Below, in pieces: positions 36,921 through 50,218 of a DNA stretch of 64,000 bases; the first letter of the stretch is position 1, and the number at the start of each line of letters is the position of its first letter. The notes beneath the pieces are model-generated. The model was not told the origin of the DNA, ran no database searches, and saw only the letters and a program-made list of their open reading frames with translations. A program made the translations under genes and the position numbers. The stretch covers positions 188,666,001 to 188,730,000 of the forward strand of contig OZ038378.1 of NCBI GenBank assembly GCA_964036045.1. Reading direction: 5' to 3'. The stretch is from Eutreptiella sp. 'Long Island Sound 2002' (lineage: Eukaryota; Protista; Euglenida).

Positions 36921-38734
36921 GCAGCCCGGAAGAGGAGACGCGCCCGATCGACAGGACCGCCATGGGCAGAGTAGACGCGAGTGGGCACAGAGCTACCGCA
37001 TGGAGAGGATAAAGGAGCCGGGCGGGGAGCTGGACATTGACCTCATGCATGTGCATGACAAGTTGTGCGACCAGGTGCATACGAAGGAGAGAGCCAGGAT
37101 GTCTGAGGCGGTGAGCCAGCTGGAATTGGGAATTTGCGATGCGGCCGGCACGGGAACTGCGGAGACAGTCCCTGTGGTTGTGGGCTGTCTAACAGAGTTG
37201 GCCGAGAAGGGCATTGACCCGGAGGATGAGGAGAACTACTACAGTGACGGGGACGATGATGGAGAGGTCGACCCAACGGTGGCGGCAAGAGGGTTGGGGC
37301 AAGTGGGGAATGTGCCAATAGCAGAGTCGTTGTGGTCGCGTTGTGTTCCGGGGGATTTGAGAGACCGATACCGGAGGTGGAGACAAGAAACCCACGGAGT
37401 GGGCGCGTCGGACGGAGTGGGGGTGAGAGAGATGCTGAATGCTCTGGTTCACGATGGAGCGCTGCGGAAAGACGAGAACCCGCGGGAAGCGAGCGATAAG
37501 GCACAAGTTCGACCAAAGAATAGTGAGAAGTGTGCGTTCATTTTGAATTGCGTCAAACAAAATGCCTGTGATGACCGTAAGCCGAGGGGCTTTCGGTTGC
37601 CCCAGATTGAACGCCTCCGGGATTCCGTTTTGCTGGGGGGGGGGGGGGGGGCAGAGGTTGTATATGGCAAAATTGGACCTCTCCAATTGTTTTTGGAGTC
37701 TGCGCCTGCCCAGGTCATGGGTTGGGGAGTTCAATGTCTGTGTGGGCGATGCCCAATATATTTGGCAGTCCCTACCATTTGGCTGGAAATACTCCCCCCT
37801 CCTGTGTCAGAAGTTGGTGTACAGCGTGGTCAGGACGTCCTTGTGGTGGCTACCTGTACTGTTTTTTGTCTACCTGGACGACATTCTGATTGTAGGAACC
37901 AGATGCTTTGTGAGGAAGGCGGTACGCCGTGCCCGGCAGAGATTGTAGCGTGTGGGGTTTGTAATTAGCGGAAAATCTGTCATGGAGCCGGCACGTGATC
38001 TTGACTTTGTAGGTAAGCTTTTTGACCTTAAGAGAGGCACTCTGGAGAACCGGTCGGGGATGCTGAGAGGCCTGGTCCAGTTGTGGTTGCTGTTGGTGTT
38101 AGGTCTGTTGAACAGGAAAGGAATGGAGAGATTGCTGGGTCGCCTGGAGTGGGCCTTAAGGCCGTCAGCGGGACTAAGCCCGTTTTTAGCAGGTGCCTAC
38201 TGTTGGAAACACAGGAGGGGGGGGGGGGGCAGAAGGGTCCCGCGTGCTTTGTTGCGGCCGCTGCTGACCGCAATTTGCTTTGCGTTTGTCCCATGGAAGT
38301 ATCCCATAAAGGCCAGGGTGCAGGCAGAGCCCCCTTCGTGCTGGGGGGAGCATGTTCTTCTTGCTGACGCCGCCCCTGTGGGACCAGACAGTTTCTGTGT
38401 TGGCCTATACCTGCCATTGGGGGGCATGCGTACATTTCAGTGCCCCTGCTGGGTGACTACCTTGCAAGCAGCGGAATTGTGGGGATGGGTGCAAGGAGTC
38501 CGCCTGGTGGCTTATATGCAATGGCCACGTGTCTGTGTTGGAAGTGACAGCGCCGTGGCAAGATGCCAGATCTGGGGACAAAGGGGTGCTGTTTTTTGCG
38601 CAGGCCAGCAGCGGATACTGCGGGCCGTGTTCTGGCTTCGACGTTGGTTTGGGATCCCCATTGCGGGCTTTTATGTGCCTTCTGGTCGAAATCCGGCGGA
38701 TCCGCCTAGTAGATGCATGAGTTTGACTCTTTGA
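36784..38734 (+). pseudogene. Reverse transcriptase + RNase H ORF of the same YR retrotransposon (frameshift at G-run ~37633-37650; stop at 37946)
   Basis: KLDLSNCFW, SLPFGWKYSP, VYLDDILI, GFVISGKS..EP..DLDFVG; RNase H LADAAP, QAAELWG, VGSDSAVA, YVPSGRNPADPPSR. Overlaps the 3' end of the YR ORF. Confidence 0.9.
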
Positions 38735-41025
38735 GTTCTTGTCTGGGGTCGGCCCGTGACAGGTATTGGCACTGGCACTCGTCCCCCTTCCCCTACCAGG
38801 AGTTCTTTGCGCCGGCCCCTTTCCCATGGGTCACCACACCACGTGACAGCCCAGACTGCCCCTCTGGCCTTCGTGGCTGTTGATGGGGCATGACGGGTGC
38901 AACATGGCATAGCGTTCCTTAATATCAAACGTCGTGGCCGGAGCCGCCGGCACCGCAGAGGCCGCCAGCACCACCGCCGTTCAGCGCAGGCCCTGGAGCG
39001 TAGGCGGGAGCGTGCGCATCTACACATGTGTGCGGTGCGAGCCAGGCGATTGGTTGGGGTCGCAGGCGCGGTTGGTGTTTGACCAGGTGTGTCCGCGAGC
39101 CGAAGCACCCGGGCTGTTGGAGTTAGCAGCGAAAGACTTGGGGCAGCGACTCCAGTCCCAAGCCGAGCAATTGTTCACCGATTCAGGGAGTCCCGGTGTT
39201 AAGGATGCCAGCAACCTTTGTAGGCATCGCTGGCGCGGGCGCGTGAACAGTCGCGCCATTTTTCTATCGATATCCTCCAACCGCCGGATTGGGGGTGCAC
39301 AGTTGCCATACATTTGGGTGCAGGGTACCCAGCTGCTCGTGCGCCGTGTGGCATATATGTTTCATTCGATGTGAGCTGGTGTGAGCGATTGGTGTGTTGC
39401 TCTGGGATATGGGAACCAGGCGCCGTGGCTGTTTGGCTGCTGAGCGACCGGCACCCATTTCCAGAACAGGCAGTATTTATATTGCTGGTGTTGCAACGCC
39501 ACGCTTTGTTCGTGTGATGTGGCAATAAAGGATGAAGATTACCAGAGGTGTATTGTTGAACTGATTTGGTGCTTTGTGTTGTGTGATCCCCTGTTTTACT
39601 TGCCGACTTGTCTTTCTTGAACAGGGGATCACATCTACTGTTGTGTACAGATTTGTTGAAAATTTATTGTGTTCCCACCACCCGCCCCCACCCCCGCCTT
39701 TTGTACTGTGGCAATCAGGCGTGTGTCTAGGTAGCGATTGGCGCTGCGAATTGGCGGAATGGAATGGGTTTTATTTGAGTGATGCTTTGAGGTTTTGAGC
39801 GACTTGCATGTTGTGTCATATGTGTGTATGCCAATGTGAGTTTGGGTTCGTGTGGTGTCCCAAAGGCCCGGCGGGGTCGTTGGAGAGTGTCCACTAAGTC
39901 CTGTGGCGCTTTTGGCATCATTTCTCATGCGATTGATACTATTGACAGCGCTAAGGGCGCTAGCAGCACTCTGTATTGTTGATCAGCCAGAGGTGTGTTG
40001 TTGAGCTGATTTGGTGCTTTGTCTTGTGTGATCCAAACAGCTTTCACCCCCCAAACGGAAACCCCACAGAAAGGAAGGTCCCAGATAGCAACATGGGCAC
40101 CAAGAAAACAGCAAGCAAATGCGCATCTGATCATTTTCTCACTGTCTCGAGCCGGTGGATTGAAGCAGCATCATGAATCACCGGCTCTGCCCCGTTCCCT
40201 GGGACCCACCGTTGTTCCTAGCCCAGCTGTACCGCAGCACACACCCCACTCCCTGCTCCCTCTCACGTACCCTCAACACAGCTGATGCAGCAGTGCAAAT
40301 GAGCGGTCTTTCCTGTGCCTCTCGCAGCACCCTGGTGATTACCTACGAATACAATATGAGGTGAATGGGAATGGTGCAAATGGCGGATTTTGGGTGGGAT
40401 GGGTTTTTCAGCGAGCACCAGTGGAGGAGAGGGCACAAGAACCAGGCTAGCCATCCAGCCCCAATGGGGAACGGCCACCTTGGAGGGATTTTCAGGTAAG
40501 GCGCCTCCTTGACCCAGTCAAGCCCACTGTCAGACCCCGCCTCCCCCCTGCCCGACGCAGCTGGGGCCAGAACAAGTCCAGAACAAGGGTGGGGCCGCCT
40601 GCGAATAACGGTGGTCCCGCGAGCGTTCGCGGGACCTGGTTGGGTCCGCCGAGGTCTCGGGAAAAGGTGCCGTCGGGGCGCTCAGCTCCGGTCAAGGGCC
40701 AGGTGAGCCTCCCCCCTCTGCTGCCTCGGCGGTCCCCAGGAATGCATACATGTGGCATATGGCCAGCGGATATATAGAGTCCTGAGGGACGCCATCATGC
40801 TCTCCCTCGGCAGCTTGTGAGCCTTAACATTGGCCTCTAAATCCGAACCCCGCCCTGGGACCCGCCCCTCCCCACACCACATACCCCCTTCCTGCCTCCA
40901 AGGTGGGGGGGGGGAAGGGGGGTGACATCGTGCCGTATATGCATCCACCAACAGCGTCACACCTATAGTGTCTCAGCCATGGTGTCTCGGCCATCATGTC
41001 TCAGCCACCGTACCTCGGCATTCCC

Positions 41026-41043
41026 ACCTGCCTGTCACCCCAG
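41026..41043 (+). promoter_or_regulatory. Splice acceptor 14 nt upstream of the TLC ATG (candidate SL trans-splice site)
   Basis: Pyrimidine-rich ..CCTGCCTGTCACCCCAG|GATCTCTCACCACAATG. It could instead be a cis acceptor paired with the GTAAG donor at ~40496. Confidence 0.35.
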
Positions 41044-41057
41044 GATCTCTCACCACA

Positions 41058-41390
41058 ATGGAGCTCGAAGATGGATGGTCGAAGGGTCTCGTCGTTTCTG
41101 TGTTCTTCATCTGCTTTTGGTGGTGCTTCATCATGACGTGGTCGATATCCAAGCGCTACTCCCACACATTCCTGAGCCTGCCTCCACACCACAAGGCTGA
41201 CTGGTGCTCCAGACTGGGGTCCACCATCCATGCCACCATGATCGTCATTGGGGTGTTGTATTGCGCAGTCAACCAGCGTTGGACCGACACCTGGGAGCCG
41301 GACGGTGAAATCATGCCACTGATCCCGCTCTGTTTCTGCTTTTCAACCGCCTATTTCCTTTGTGACCTCCTGATCATCATCATCTGGCAG
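41058..41390 (+). CDS. TLC (TRAM/LAG1/CLN8) domain membrane protein, exon 1 of 3
   Basis: MELEDG...WCSRLGSTIHATMI...STAYFLCDLLIIIIWQ, typical of TLC (STIHA, YF..DL). 333 nt; GT donor at 41391. Confidence 0.85.
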
Positions 41391-41408
41391 GTTTCCTGAC
41401 TTGCTTTT

Positions 41409-41443
<35 letters not shown>

Positions 41444-41966
41444 CTCCCCTCCCCTCCCCTACCCTCATTTCTGCACCTTCATCACTCGCAACCCACCCAT
41501 GGCCACTGGGTTCAATGAGTGTATCCCTGTATCACGTTACTCCATGCAGGCACACTGTATCGTTACTCAATCTGGTCACTCTACACCGTCAGTCTGCGCG
41601 GTTACTCTTCATCTCTATTATCACCGTATCCCAGTACGATCGCTCCCTGCGGTCCCTTCGTACTGTAAGTCTGCATGTTCACTCCATGCGGTCATTCTAT
41701 GTGGTCATTCTTTTTGATCCCTCCGCATCTCTCTGCATTGCATTGTGCAGACACCACCTCTTCCACCGACTCCGCCGTCATCACCCGGCAGCAACATGGT
41801 CGTGCGCCTTCTTGTATGCTCCCTCCACGCGGCCTGAACGCCTCGTGTAAGGAGCCCCCCTAGACACCGACACACACGAACACGCAGCAGCCCCCCCCCC
41901 CCCCGACGCCCCCCCCCGAGGAAGAAGGGGGGGGGGGGCTTTTCAAAGCACATTGTTGAGAATGTC

Positions 41967-44900
41967 ATGCAGGCGAGAAAACAAGAGGAAAGGGCAACTG
42001 AACCTGCCATAACTCCAGCCCTTTCGGACACAGAACAGGAAATGCTCTGTTTTCTGTACAAATGGGAAGATATGGCAATCATCCTCCAAGAGGAATCCCG
42101 CCTCACACCAGGTGAAAACAAACCTTTCAGGTGGACTAAGCTAAAGGACATGACAGAAGACGCTGTTATTAAACCATTACCGGATGACAACATGGGTGTC
42201 ATAATGGTGGTTAATTTTTCGGATATGGGGCACCTCAAGGAGGTGTCCAAAAACCTACTGCAAGTTGTGAGAGTAGACAGACTGGATCTGCTGATCCTCA
42301 TGGAGGAAGACAAGGCCCTGTTCCCAAATGCAGGGCCCAGATTGAGAAGTACCCTGGCACATCAATGACCTACACAAGCTGAACCGCCCCCTGCAGGTCA
42401 TGGGAGGCCCAGCATTGCACGGTTTTGTTGTTACATCCTCTAGACAGGGTAGAAAAAATTGTCTGGCTGTAGATTATCAGATCAGGAAGCTCCCAGCATC
42501 TGGCGTGGGGGCACTGCAAATTGAGATTGCAGTTCCAGAGTCTGAGCGCCCCACCTTTGCAGTGGTTGCCGAAGACCGGGCCATCCCCGGCATTCTTTCA
42601 GGCATGGGTAGAAAAGGTGCCCAGTGTGTACCCACCTGCATCGCACAGCCAAAGGGGCCAGAATTGTCTGGCACCCCCTCACATACGGGGAAACAATGGA
42701 AACAGTGGAATTAATCAAAGCCTACAAAGGCTGCCCTTTTTTCGCAGTCATGCGTGGGGATGACTTCCTCGGTGAAGAGATGAGCAAATGCCCAGTTGTG
42801 TTGCAGATGTATCCTGAACAGAGTGTAAAGCAGGCCCGTGGCCCATACATGTGGCAAACCATATACAGCTCACTGAACCAACATCTCCAAGGAAAGTGTT
42901 TTTTTCTCCGTACAGTTGGCAGGTAGAACGAAAATCTGTGTTGGCATCAAGGACACGTCCTCAGCCCATGCTTGGCTCACACAAGTCAAATATGTACTAG
43001 AGACACAGGGATTCAATATCAAAAATGAAAGAACAGGGGAACCCATATCAGACTTTCTGGACGGCTCAGATTCAGATGGGTCTTCTTCCACCCGGTCCAC
43101 TGCATCTGTGGAATCCCGTGGCTCACGGACGGAACAAAAGGATCAGGTCGTATTTTATGACTTATTGCCCAGGCTCGAGGAGCCAGACATTATTGCTATG
43201 CTCAATGCCAAAGGTAGGTCTGTACATTCCGCGTGCCGTTTGTCCTGGATCCCAGGAGACATCAGTCTCTCTGGAAACTCACTGGCCCGGGGTTAAAGGA
43301 TTTAAACGGAACCCTGTTGCGTGATCCGAAGCAAAAGACTCCAATGTTCATCATGTCACTGCAGCAGTACAATACCGAGAGAACAGAACAACGGAGCAAA
43401 CTCCGTGACAAGCGGAGTAGAGACTCCCCGCAAACAGGATCAGGAAATAGGTGGAAGTAGCTTTGTCAATGTGGTAAGGGGAGGCTCAGGACAGAACCAT
43501 GTCAAGGGTAAATGACAGTTAGGGAGCAGCGCCCCTGTTTGGTGCGCTCTGGTTTATGACACTAAACATCAATGGCCTCCGCACAAAAGTAAAAAAAGGG
43601 AGTAAGATGGTCCTGAAGTACCATGAATTAGGTCAACATGTGCTGGCCAAAAATGTGGACTTCGCGGGGATCCAGGAGCCACATCTCAGTCCCCAAGCCA
43701 GCAAGATGGGGGAATTCAAGGAAGTCAGGGACTTTTTCCATAATATGGGATACGAGCTCATGTCCAATTTCCTGGGTGAAGGGAGGGGAGGAGCAGCGCT
43801 TGTATGGAACACGAGTAGGTGGTGGCTACTCACAGCTTGGGCCCTTGGCCCACGCATCTTAGTGGGTATATTACAAAACACAGAGGGACAGCAGATCTGC
43901 GTCACCTCAGCCCATTTCTCGCACAGACCGGGAAAACGGGCAGCACAGTGGAAAAAATTACTAAATCTCTTGGTCACCATCCCCTGCGAACATAAGATCC
44001 TTCTGGCGGACCTCAACTCCTTGGTGGTACCGTCCAGGGACTCCCGCCCTGATTATGAGGATAAAAACAGGGCAATTCTTGATGCGCGGGAGTCTGAGAC
44101 CCAAATCTCGCAGTAGCTGCAGCTTGAGGACGCATATGTAGAGGTCCATTCGGACCCCTCAGACAGGACCCCCCCGAGGGCTTCACTTTTGGGTTTGGGG
44201 TAGGGGACAAAGTTTGCTATGACACGGAGGACGATGAAGAGAAGGTACAGGTGCCCAAGAACCTGCGCCGTCAAGGAGTACCTGTCCACGGCTTATACCG
44301 CGTTTGTTGCCAAGGCGGACCATAAGGCAGTGCACGTGACTTGCCATCCCCCAGTGTTTGATGATTCAATGCCGAGGTTCACGTGTCACGAAGAGTTTTT
44401 AGAGGACGAGGACTGTGTGGCCCGGATCCTCCACGCTATATCCGCTATTGAAGCCCCACCGAAAGATTGGTGGGACATTGCTGTACAAATAATTTGCTCT
44501 CAAGCGACTGCCTATCATTGGGAGGTTCCCCCCCCCCCCACATTATTCAACATTATGGGCTGGTTCTCACATCCACAAAACATAGGGTCTGCCCCCACGT
44601 GTGGACATACCTAAGATCCAAGGGGTACGATCCCCCGTCAGAATCAACAGCGTATTCCATCCTAGTGGCCCTTTTAGAGAAGGATCGCACGCACAAAACA
44701 GGCACCATCTTGTTGAGTAAATTGAAGGGAATTTTGGGAGGTGAGGAGATGAGTGGTCAGTCTGGTACAAACACGCAGAAGGAGATTAACAAACTTATGT
44801 CGGAGCTTCAGTGCAGGAGGAAGCTAGGAGCAGTCAGAGACCCGACAGGCGCCCACCTCACCCAGCCAGTGAAAATAGCCACAACATTGAGGGAGCACTG

Positions 44901-47830
44901 GAAGGGGGTCTCAAAACAGGGGCTCATGTTAGTCGATGAATGCACAGAATTCCTGCAGTCCCTGCCTTTACCGGCCAACTTCAAGACCATGGCACGAGCC
45001 CTGTTCAGGCCTCTCACACAAGAGGTCGTAAATGAGGCCCTAGATAGGCTTCACACCAACGTCTCCCCAGGAGATGATGGAGTAGGAGCAAAAATTTACC
45101 AGTGTTTTGCAGAGGTGTTCGCGCCAGCCATGCTGCAGGTTGCTAAGCATTGCTTTCGCACAAGCACGTTTTTCGATAATTGGGGGGTGGGCATTATCAA
45201 CAGCATCCCCAAAGTGGCAGGCACATGTATGATTACGAAGTTACGGCCCATTGCGCTCCAAGAGGTCAAGAAAAAATGGTTAAAGACCATCCTCTGCATC
45301 CAAGTGGAGCAAATTTTTCGGCAGTTGACCCACAGCCGCCAGGTGGGGTGTGTAAAAGGCAGGCAAATGATCAATCACATCTGGGGGGTTCGTAGCACCT
45401 TTGAACTGGCAGATCGCTGTCTGCTCGTCAGTTTTGATTTCTCCAACGCCTTTCCCACCCTCAGCCATGCCTACATACAGGCAGTGCTACAACTCATCGA
45501 GTTGCCAGTAGGGTATGTGCTATTCGTGCCGGCAATACTGCGTACACCATACCAGTTCTACGTGGGGGGAGGAGTGGTTAGGGAAGTGAGCTACCTGCCG
45601 CAGGCAGGCATAGGACAGGGGGGTCCGGGATCCGTTTTCATTGGTGCTCTTCTCGTTCTGTGTCGCTTTTGTTCAGCATCTGCTCTCGGGAATAAAACAC
45701 ATGAGTTCCTTCATGTACGCTGATGACCTCTGTTCCATAATTGAAGGTCCACGCCTTGTCCGCACCCTTGCTAGGGTGCAAGATGCTATGAACTGATGAA
45801 TGTCTTTGCAAAGTTGTCGGGACAGGTTCTCAGCCTGATCAAATGTGGTGTAGTAATCAAAGGAAATTTGACCCCTGCTGAACATAGTCAGGTGGAACTG
45901 GCCAATGGACAACAACTCCTGCGTGGCATCCCAGTTGTCGAGTCATTGAAATATTTAGGAGTCCGCATGGGGAATTTAACGTCGGATGGCGCCTTCGCCT
46001 TCCCACTGGGGGATGCTCGAAGGAGGGCTAGTTGCATGACTGCATATGGTTTGTCTATCAAAGAAAGAATCCTGCTCCTCAAAACCTGGATCCTTCCCTG
46101 TGTCCTTTTGACGGCCAGGGCCTATTTCCCCCCAAAGATTACCATTAGGGCCCTCACACACGTGTACCACACGGCACCGGGGACAGACATCTGGGGTGTC
46201 ACGCTGGACCATCTGGCCCAGCCCAGCGAATTGGGGGGGTACTCCCTCCCCACCCCCAAAATCTGGTTACATGCCCAATTCGGCCTGCCCTTCCACAAGC
46301 TACTGCAGTCGCTAGACTTTTTTTCTGATAGACTAGTGAGGGGGATTCGTGGGTGGCGCGGCACCTATGGGGTGTGCCTGAACGCTTGGGCCCTCCGGTA
46401 CCTCCAAATGGGTCCTATCCTGTACAAAACCTTCGGGTTTGTGCAATATAGTTTCAAGTCCTTTTCCAAATCCAGAAGATATGTCATTGACGGGCTGGGG
46501 GACCAGTCAGCCATGGGGGACCTCCCCCTGTGGCACTCCGCCATCTTCCGCAATGGCAAGCAACTCAGCTACTATTGTCCTGCCTTGATTTGTCAAGGAG
46601 TCACGCAAGTCAAGCATATGTTTGTCCATGAGTCTCCAGTGGAAGACCTCCTCAATAAGGTAGGGCCCACATGGAGACAGGTGTACCGGAATGGCTTGAC
46701 CAACTTCCTCAAGATACAACGCACGGACTGGTCCAGGCCGTCGGTCTAGTTAGCAGCATGGGGTACGTCAGACTCACTGGCACGACTAGCCGCAAATCCG
46801 CACACAGAAACACGTCAACCCCCTAACGTATGGGGCATCTTTTGGAGAGTGAAAAATTTTCCCTCACTCCATGACTTCGCTTATCATGTTCTATGGAGAA
46901 AGTTGCGTGTGGTAGAGCGACTAAGCTCATGGACCCAGGACTCCTCCTGCCCCTTGTGCCGGTCCGCCGAGACCCTGGATCATGCTTTGGGGGACTGTTT
47001 GTTCCACAAAGTTGTTTTTGCAATATTACGGAAGATGTGGGAGCCCCTAAGGGTCAAGGAACAGCAGTGCGTTTGAGGCAGCATTCCGATTGTGCATTCG
47101 TTCAACTCTCCCCAAGGCATAATACAGTGGACAGCCCTAGCTTGCACACTGGATACTGAGCAACACGTTTCGGCGGGGAGCAGTAGCCTCGCTTGAGGCC
47201 CTGCTCACGATTTGGATCAAGCTCACAGCGCTTTTGGTCAGCTGGGAGCCAGTGTCAGAATTTTCACACATCTTTCAGGTCTACCATGATCGGTTGATTC
47301 ATTTCAAAAATGAGGGAGTGGTCACAGGACCCTGCATTGTTTATGTGGAATCTAGTGAAAAGGAGGAGGGCAGATAGCTGAAGCGGCGTCGCAAAGATGA
47401 CCGCAAACAGGAGTTGGCTGCCATTGCGATAGAACACTTGAAACAGGCCCAAGCCAGAGGGTTGGCCACTGTGTACACAGTGTACACAGACAGCTCAGCA
47501 GAGCTTGTGGCTGGGGTAGGATGGATAGCAGGGTATGGCTGTCATGAGCCGGGGCGATCGGAAGAGTCTAATCACTTGCCTCCACAAAAAAAGCAAAGCA
47601 TTAACAGACCGTCTCAATGGGCAGCACAGACTCAAATATGTCTTCCTAAAACACGTGACCTAGGGAGGGATGGATACGGTTAGAATAGCAACAAACACCC
47701 AGTGACAGATACAGAGGTTTGGCCAAAGGGGTGCTAGCGTCATGCAAGACCTCCAAAGACGTCCAAGTGCCTTCCCCAGTGAGTGCATGCACGCCTACGG
47801 ACGGACAAAACGCAAAAGGAGCGACACAAC
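41967..47830 (+). mobile_element. Near full-length degenerate L1-like LINE in TLC intron 1 (ORF1; APE endonuclease; RT; Zn finger; RNase H)
   Basis: MTLNINGL...GIQEPH and LADLNS (APE); SPGDDG, LRPIALQ, SFDFSNAFPTL, GIGQG, MYADDL at ~45712 (RT); CPLCRSAETLDHALGDC; VYTDSSA...GYG...QSINR, VQVPSP (RNase H). Multiple stops and frameshifts. No TSD or poly(A) identified. Confidence 0.88.
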
Positions 47831-48447
47831 ACGGAGTAAGAGAGGGAGGAGTCAATAACAGACCAATCAGATGAGCCATGTACGTATAGACGAGCTCGAT
47901 GTACATAGCAATGTCATTGGGAGCGAAGACTCTAACGGGACTGAGCATCTACGGTCCGAGAACACTATTGCCCTGCTGTAGACCCGCTCTTTGCTGTTGA
48001 ATGTGTTTGCGGCCCCTCCTGACGCGCGCGCTTCTGACGGTAGAGGTGTAGGTTGGCTGCGACATATGGCAAAACAACTACGTGCGACCACAAAAGTGGG
48101 TCGCTGTTGCTTTGGGTATGGCTGACCTTGTGGCAAAGTCGACTGACAGGACGTGGATTCGTCCCTGCCCCAGTGCCCGTCAATGTGAGTCTGGGCGCTC
48201 TGCACAGCCCAACAGGCCCAAGAGGAACCCGCTGCACAGTGTGCGCAGCGCGCTTGGCCCCGCGCCCTGTACCGCCGCACGGGGCGTGAGGGCACTACGC
48301 TGCCTCGCCCCGCTTCGCGGGTGCTGTCACACCGACAGAGACAGCACAGCGCAGTGCCATGGATTATGGGTCTCAACTTGATCGGTCGTCAACTGCCGCT
48401 GCCACAGGTCAACCACCAGCGGTCGTTATTTCACCCCCCCCCCCCCA

Positions 48448-48682
48448 AAGGGATGTATTAGAACGGCCAACAACCATAGGAGCAGCCCCCCGCCCCTGGA
48501 CCCCCCCCCCCCACCCCCCCCCTCCTCCTCTACCACTGTTTGGGGCAAAATTTCTTCTGTGCCTGTGGCGCAAGAGGATTGGAGCATACGGAGCTTCGGA
48601 ACCAGGGTACGGGGGACCATAGGAGGAGGGGGGTCCAGCCAAACCTCCCCTCTCCCCCTTCCTCTCTTCCAATACATCCCTG
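48448..48682. mobile_element. ~235-bp MITE, probably hAT-derived, inserted in a poly-C tract
   Basis: TIR AGGGATGTATT(A/G)GAA (14/15 match; right end reads CAGGGATG). C-runs on both sides are compatible with a poly-C TSD. Confidence 0.7.
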
Positions 48683-48851
48683 CCCCCCCCCCCCCCACAT
48701 GCGAGATCCCCCCCCCCGTCAGAACAACAAAGTGCTGTGAGTACGTTAGTGCACTGGGCACGTGCCAGGCGCGCCGGGCAAAGTTTTCCCAGCTTCAGCA
48801 TGGCCCCTCCAGTTGGGGTCAAGGACTCCCACGCTTTGGTGTGGCCCCTTG

Positions 48852-48953
48852 AGTGGAATTCTTTGATTTTGAGGTGGGTGGCCATGATGGGGCCTACAAG
48901 GGTAGGGTGCATGGGATAGTCCCATTTGGTGGGGGAAAAAATGGGAGGTGAAT
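48852..48953 (+). pseudogene. Short PHIS transposase fragment
   Basis: EFFDFEVGGHDGAYKGRVHGIVPF..GKNG aligns with the 33.7-33.85 kb transposase segment. Confidence 0.7.
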
Positions 48954-50218
48954 TGATCGCCAACAGTCATACAATGTGCTTGTGCTTAGGGTTCCTGGGC
49001 TTGAGGAGGGAGTGCTGTTTGGGGGCCACCACCGCCGTAGAGCATTGGGATAGATGGCCGGAACATTGATTTGGATGCCGGGCGCGCCGGGCAAACGTAC
49101 CCTCGCTGTTTCCGCAACTTTTGCAACCATCGAATTTGACAGACTCTTTTTCTGGAGGTCCGTGAAGATCACGTTGTGATTCGGGGGTGGCGATGGTATT
49201 ACAGGGATGCTGAGCACTGTCCTGCCACGTTTCACCCCTCTCTTTAGTACTTGACTTTGATGCATCTTCATAGAAATGGCTGCTGGGGCCTCGATGCATT
49301 ACTGTGCTGCTTGTCTCCATGCGATGCGCACAAACAACGCCCTCATTAGAGCAACAGGAGTTGCTGTTTGCGTCATTTTCAGTGTTTTCGCCTTCGTCCT
49401 CACAAAGGCGGGGAGGGGGGGGCTACGAAGTGCCCTCATCAGTTGCCATCACTGAGTCACCAGCTGCTGCCATGCAGTCCCCTGGCTGCAGTCAGTTGAT
49501 CGTCTGTTCCGGTGATCGCCCACGGCCGTAGTTTGGCCCGTTGTTGCGAACGGCGGTGGACAGCAGCCGGTGGTCAAGTGACGACAGTGGGTCAACGGAC
49601 CGCACCCTCCGGTCGCTGGCGGCTGACCAATGGGTTGGCGTTCAACCCACCCACACAAGACGGCGGTGCACAGGGCGGGGGGGGGGGGGGCGAGGGCCTA
49701 AGTGTCGGGCCAGACCCCCCCCCCCCCCCTCCCTCAGGACCCCCAAACCCACAGCAACAGTGACCAATGAGGAACAACCAACTTGGGCCCCAGCGGCGCC
49801 TGGAATATTATTTTTTTGGCCTCTGTGGATTGGGCACAGAAGTTCCCCCCCATTCCCCCCCATCCCCCCCCCCCCCCCCCAGATTCGTGGGGAATGGTGA
49901 AAGGGGATCGTACCCCCCTGGACTTGTGTGTGATGGGCAAATTTTTTTGAAAAAATTTTTTTATCCCAGTTGTGTATATTCAAAATGATCAGCGCGTCAT
50001 GGGGATCATTTTGAGGTATGTATGTTGGGGTACCCACCAACCCCCCCTGGGGAGCCCAGCGGCTGACCGCCCGACCCGCCGACCCCCCAATGTTTGGGTC
50101 AACCAAGGGTGGGGGGAACCCCCCCCCCCTCCCCCCTACAACCTCCAAAACGGTTGCACACCCCTCGGGGTCGCACACTGGCGGCAGCCCCCGTGCTCCT
50201 GCCTGCCTGCCTCATGTC

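Noticed and set aside
11006-37948. Several nonsense codons consistent with C-to-T changes (CAA, CAG, CGA to stops) hinting at RIP-like or methylation-driven mutation
   Set aside because: Too few cases, ancestral codons are inferred, and C-to-T is the commonest route to stop codons anyway.
49376-49445. Minus-strand CTGATGAG...GTGAGGACGAAGGCGAAA resembling a hammerhead ribozyme core
   Set aside because: Stem II cannot pair beyond the closing G-C, and I found no stem I/III complementarity. Treated as chance.
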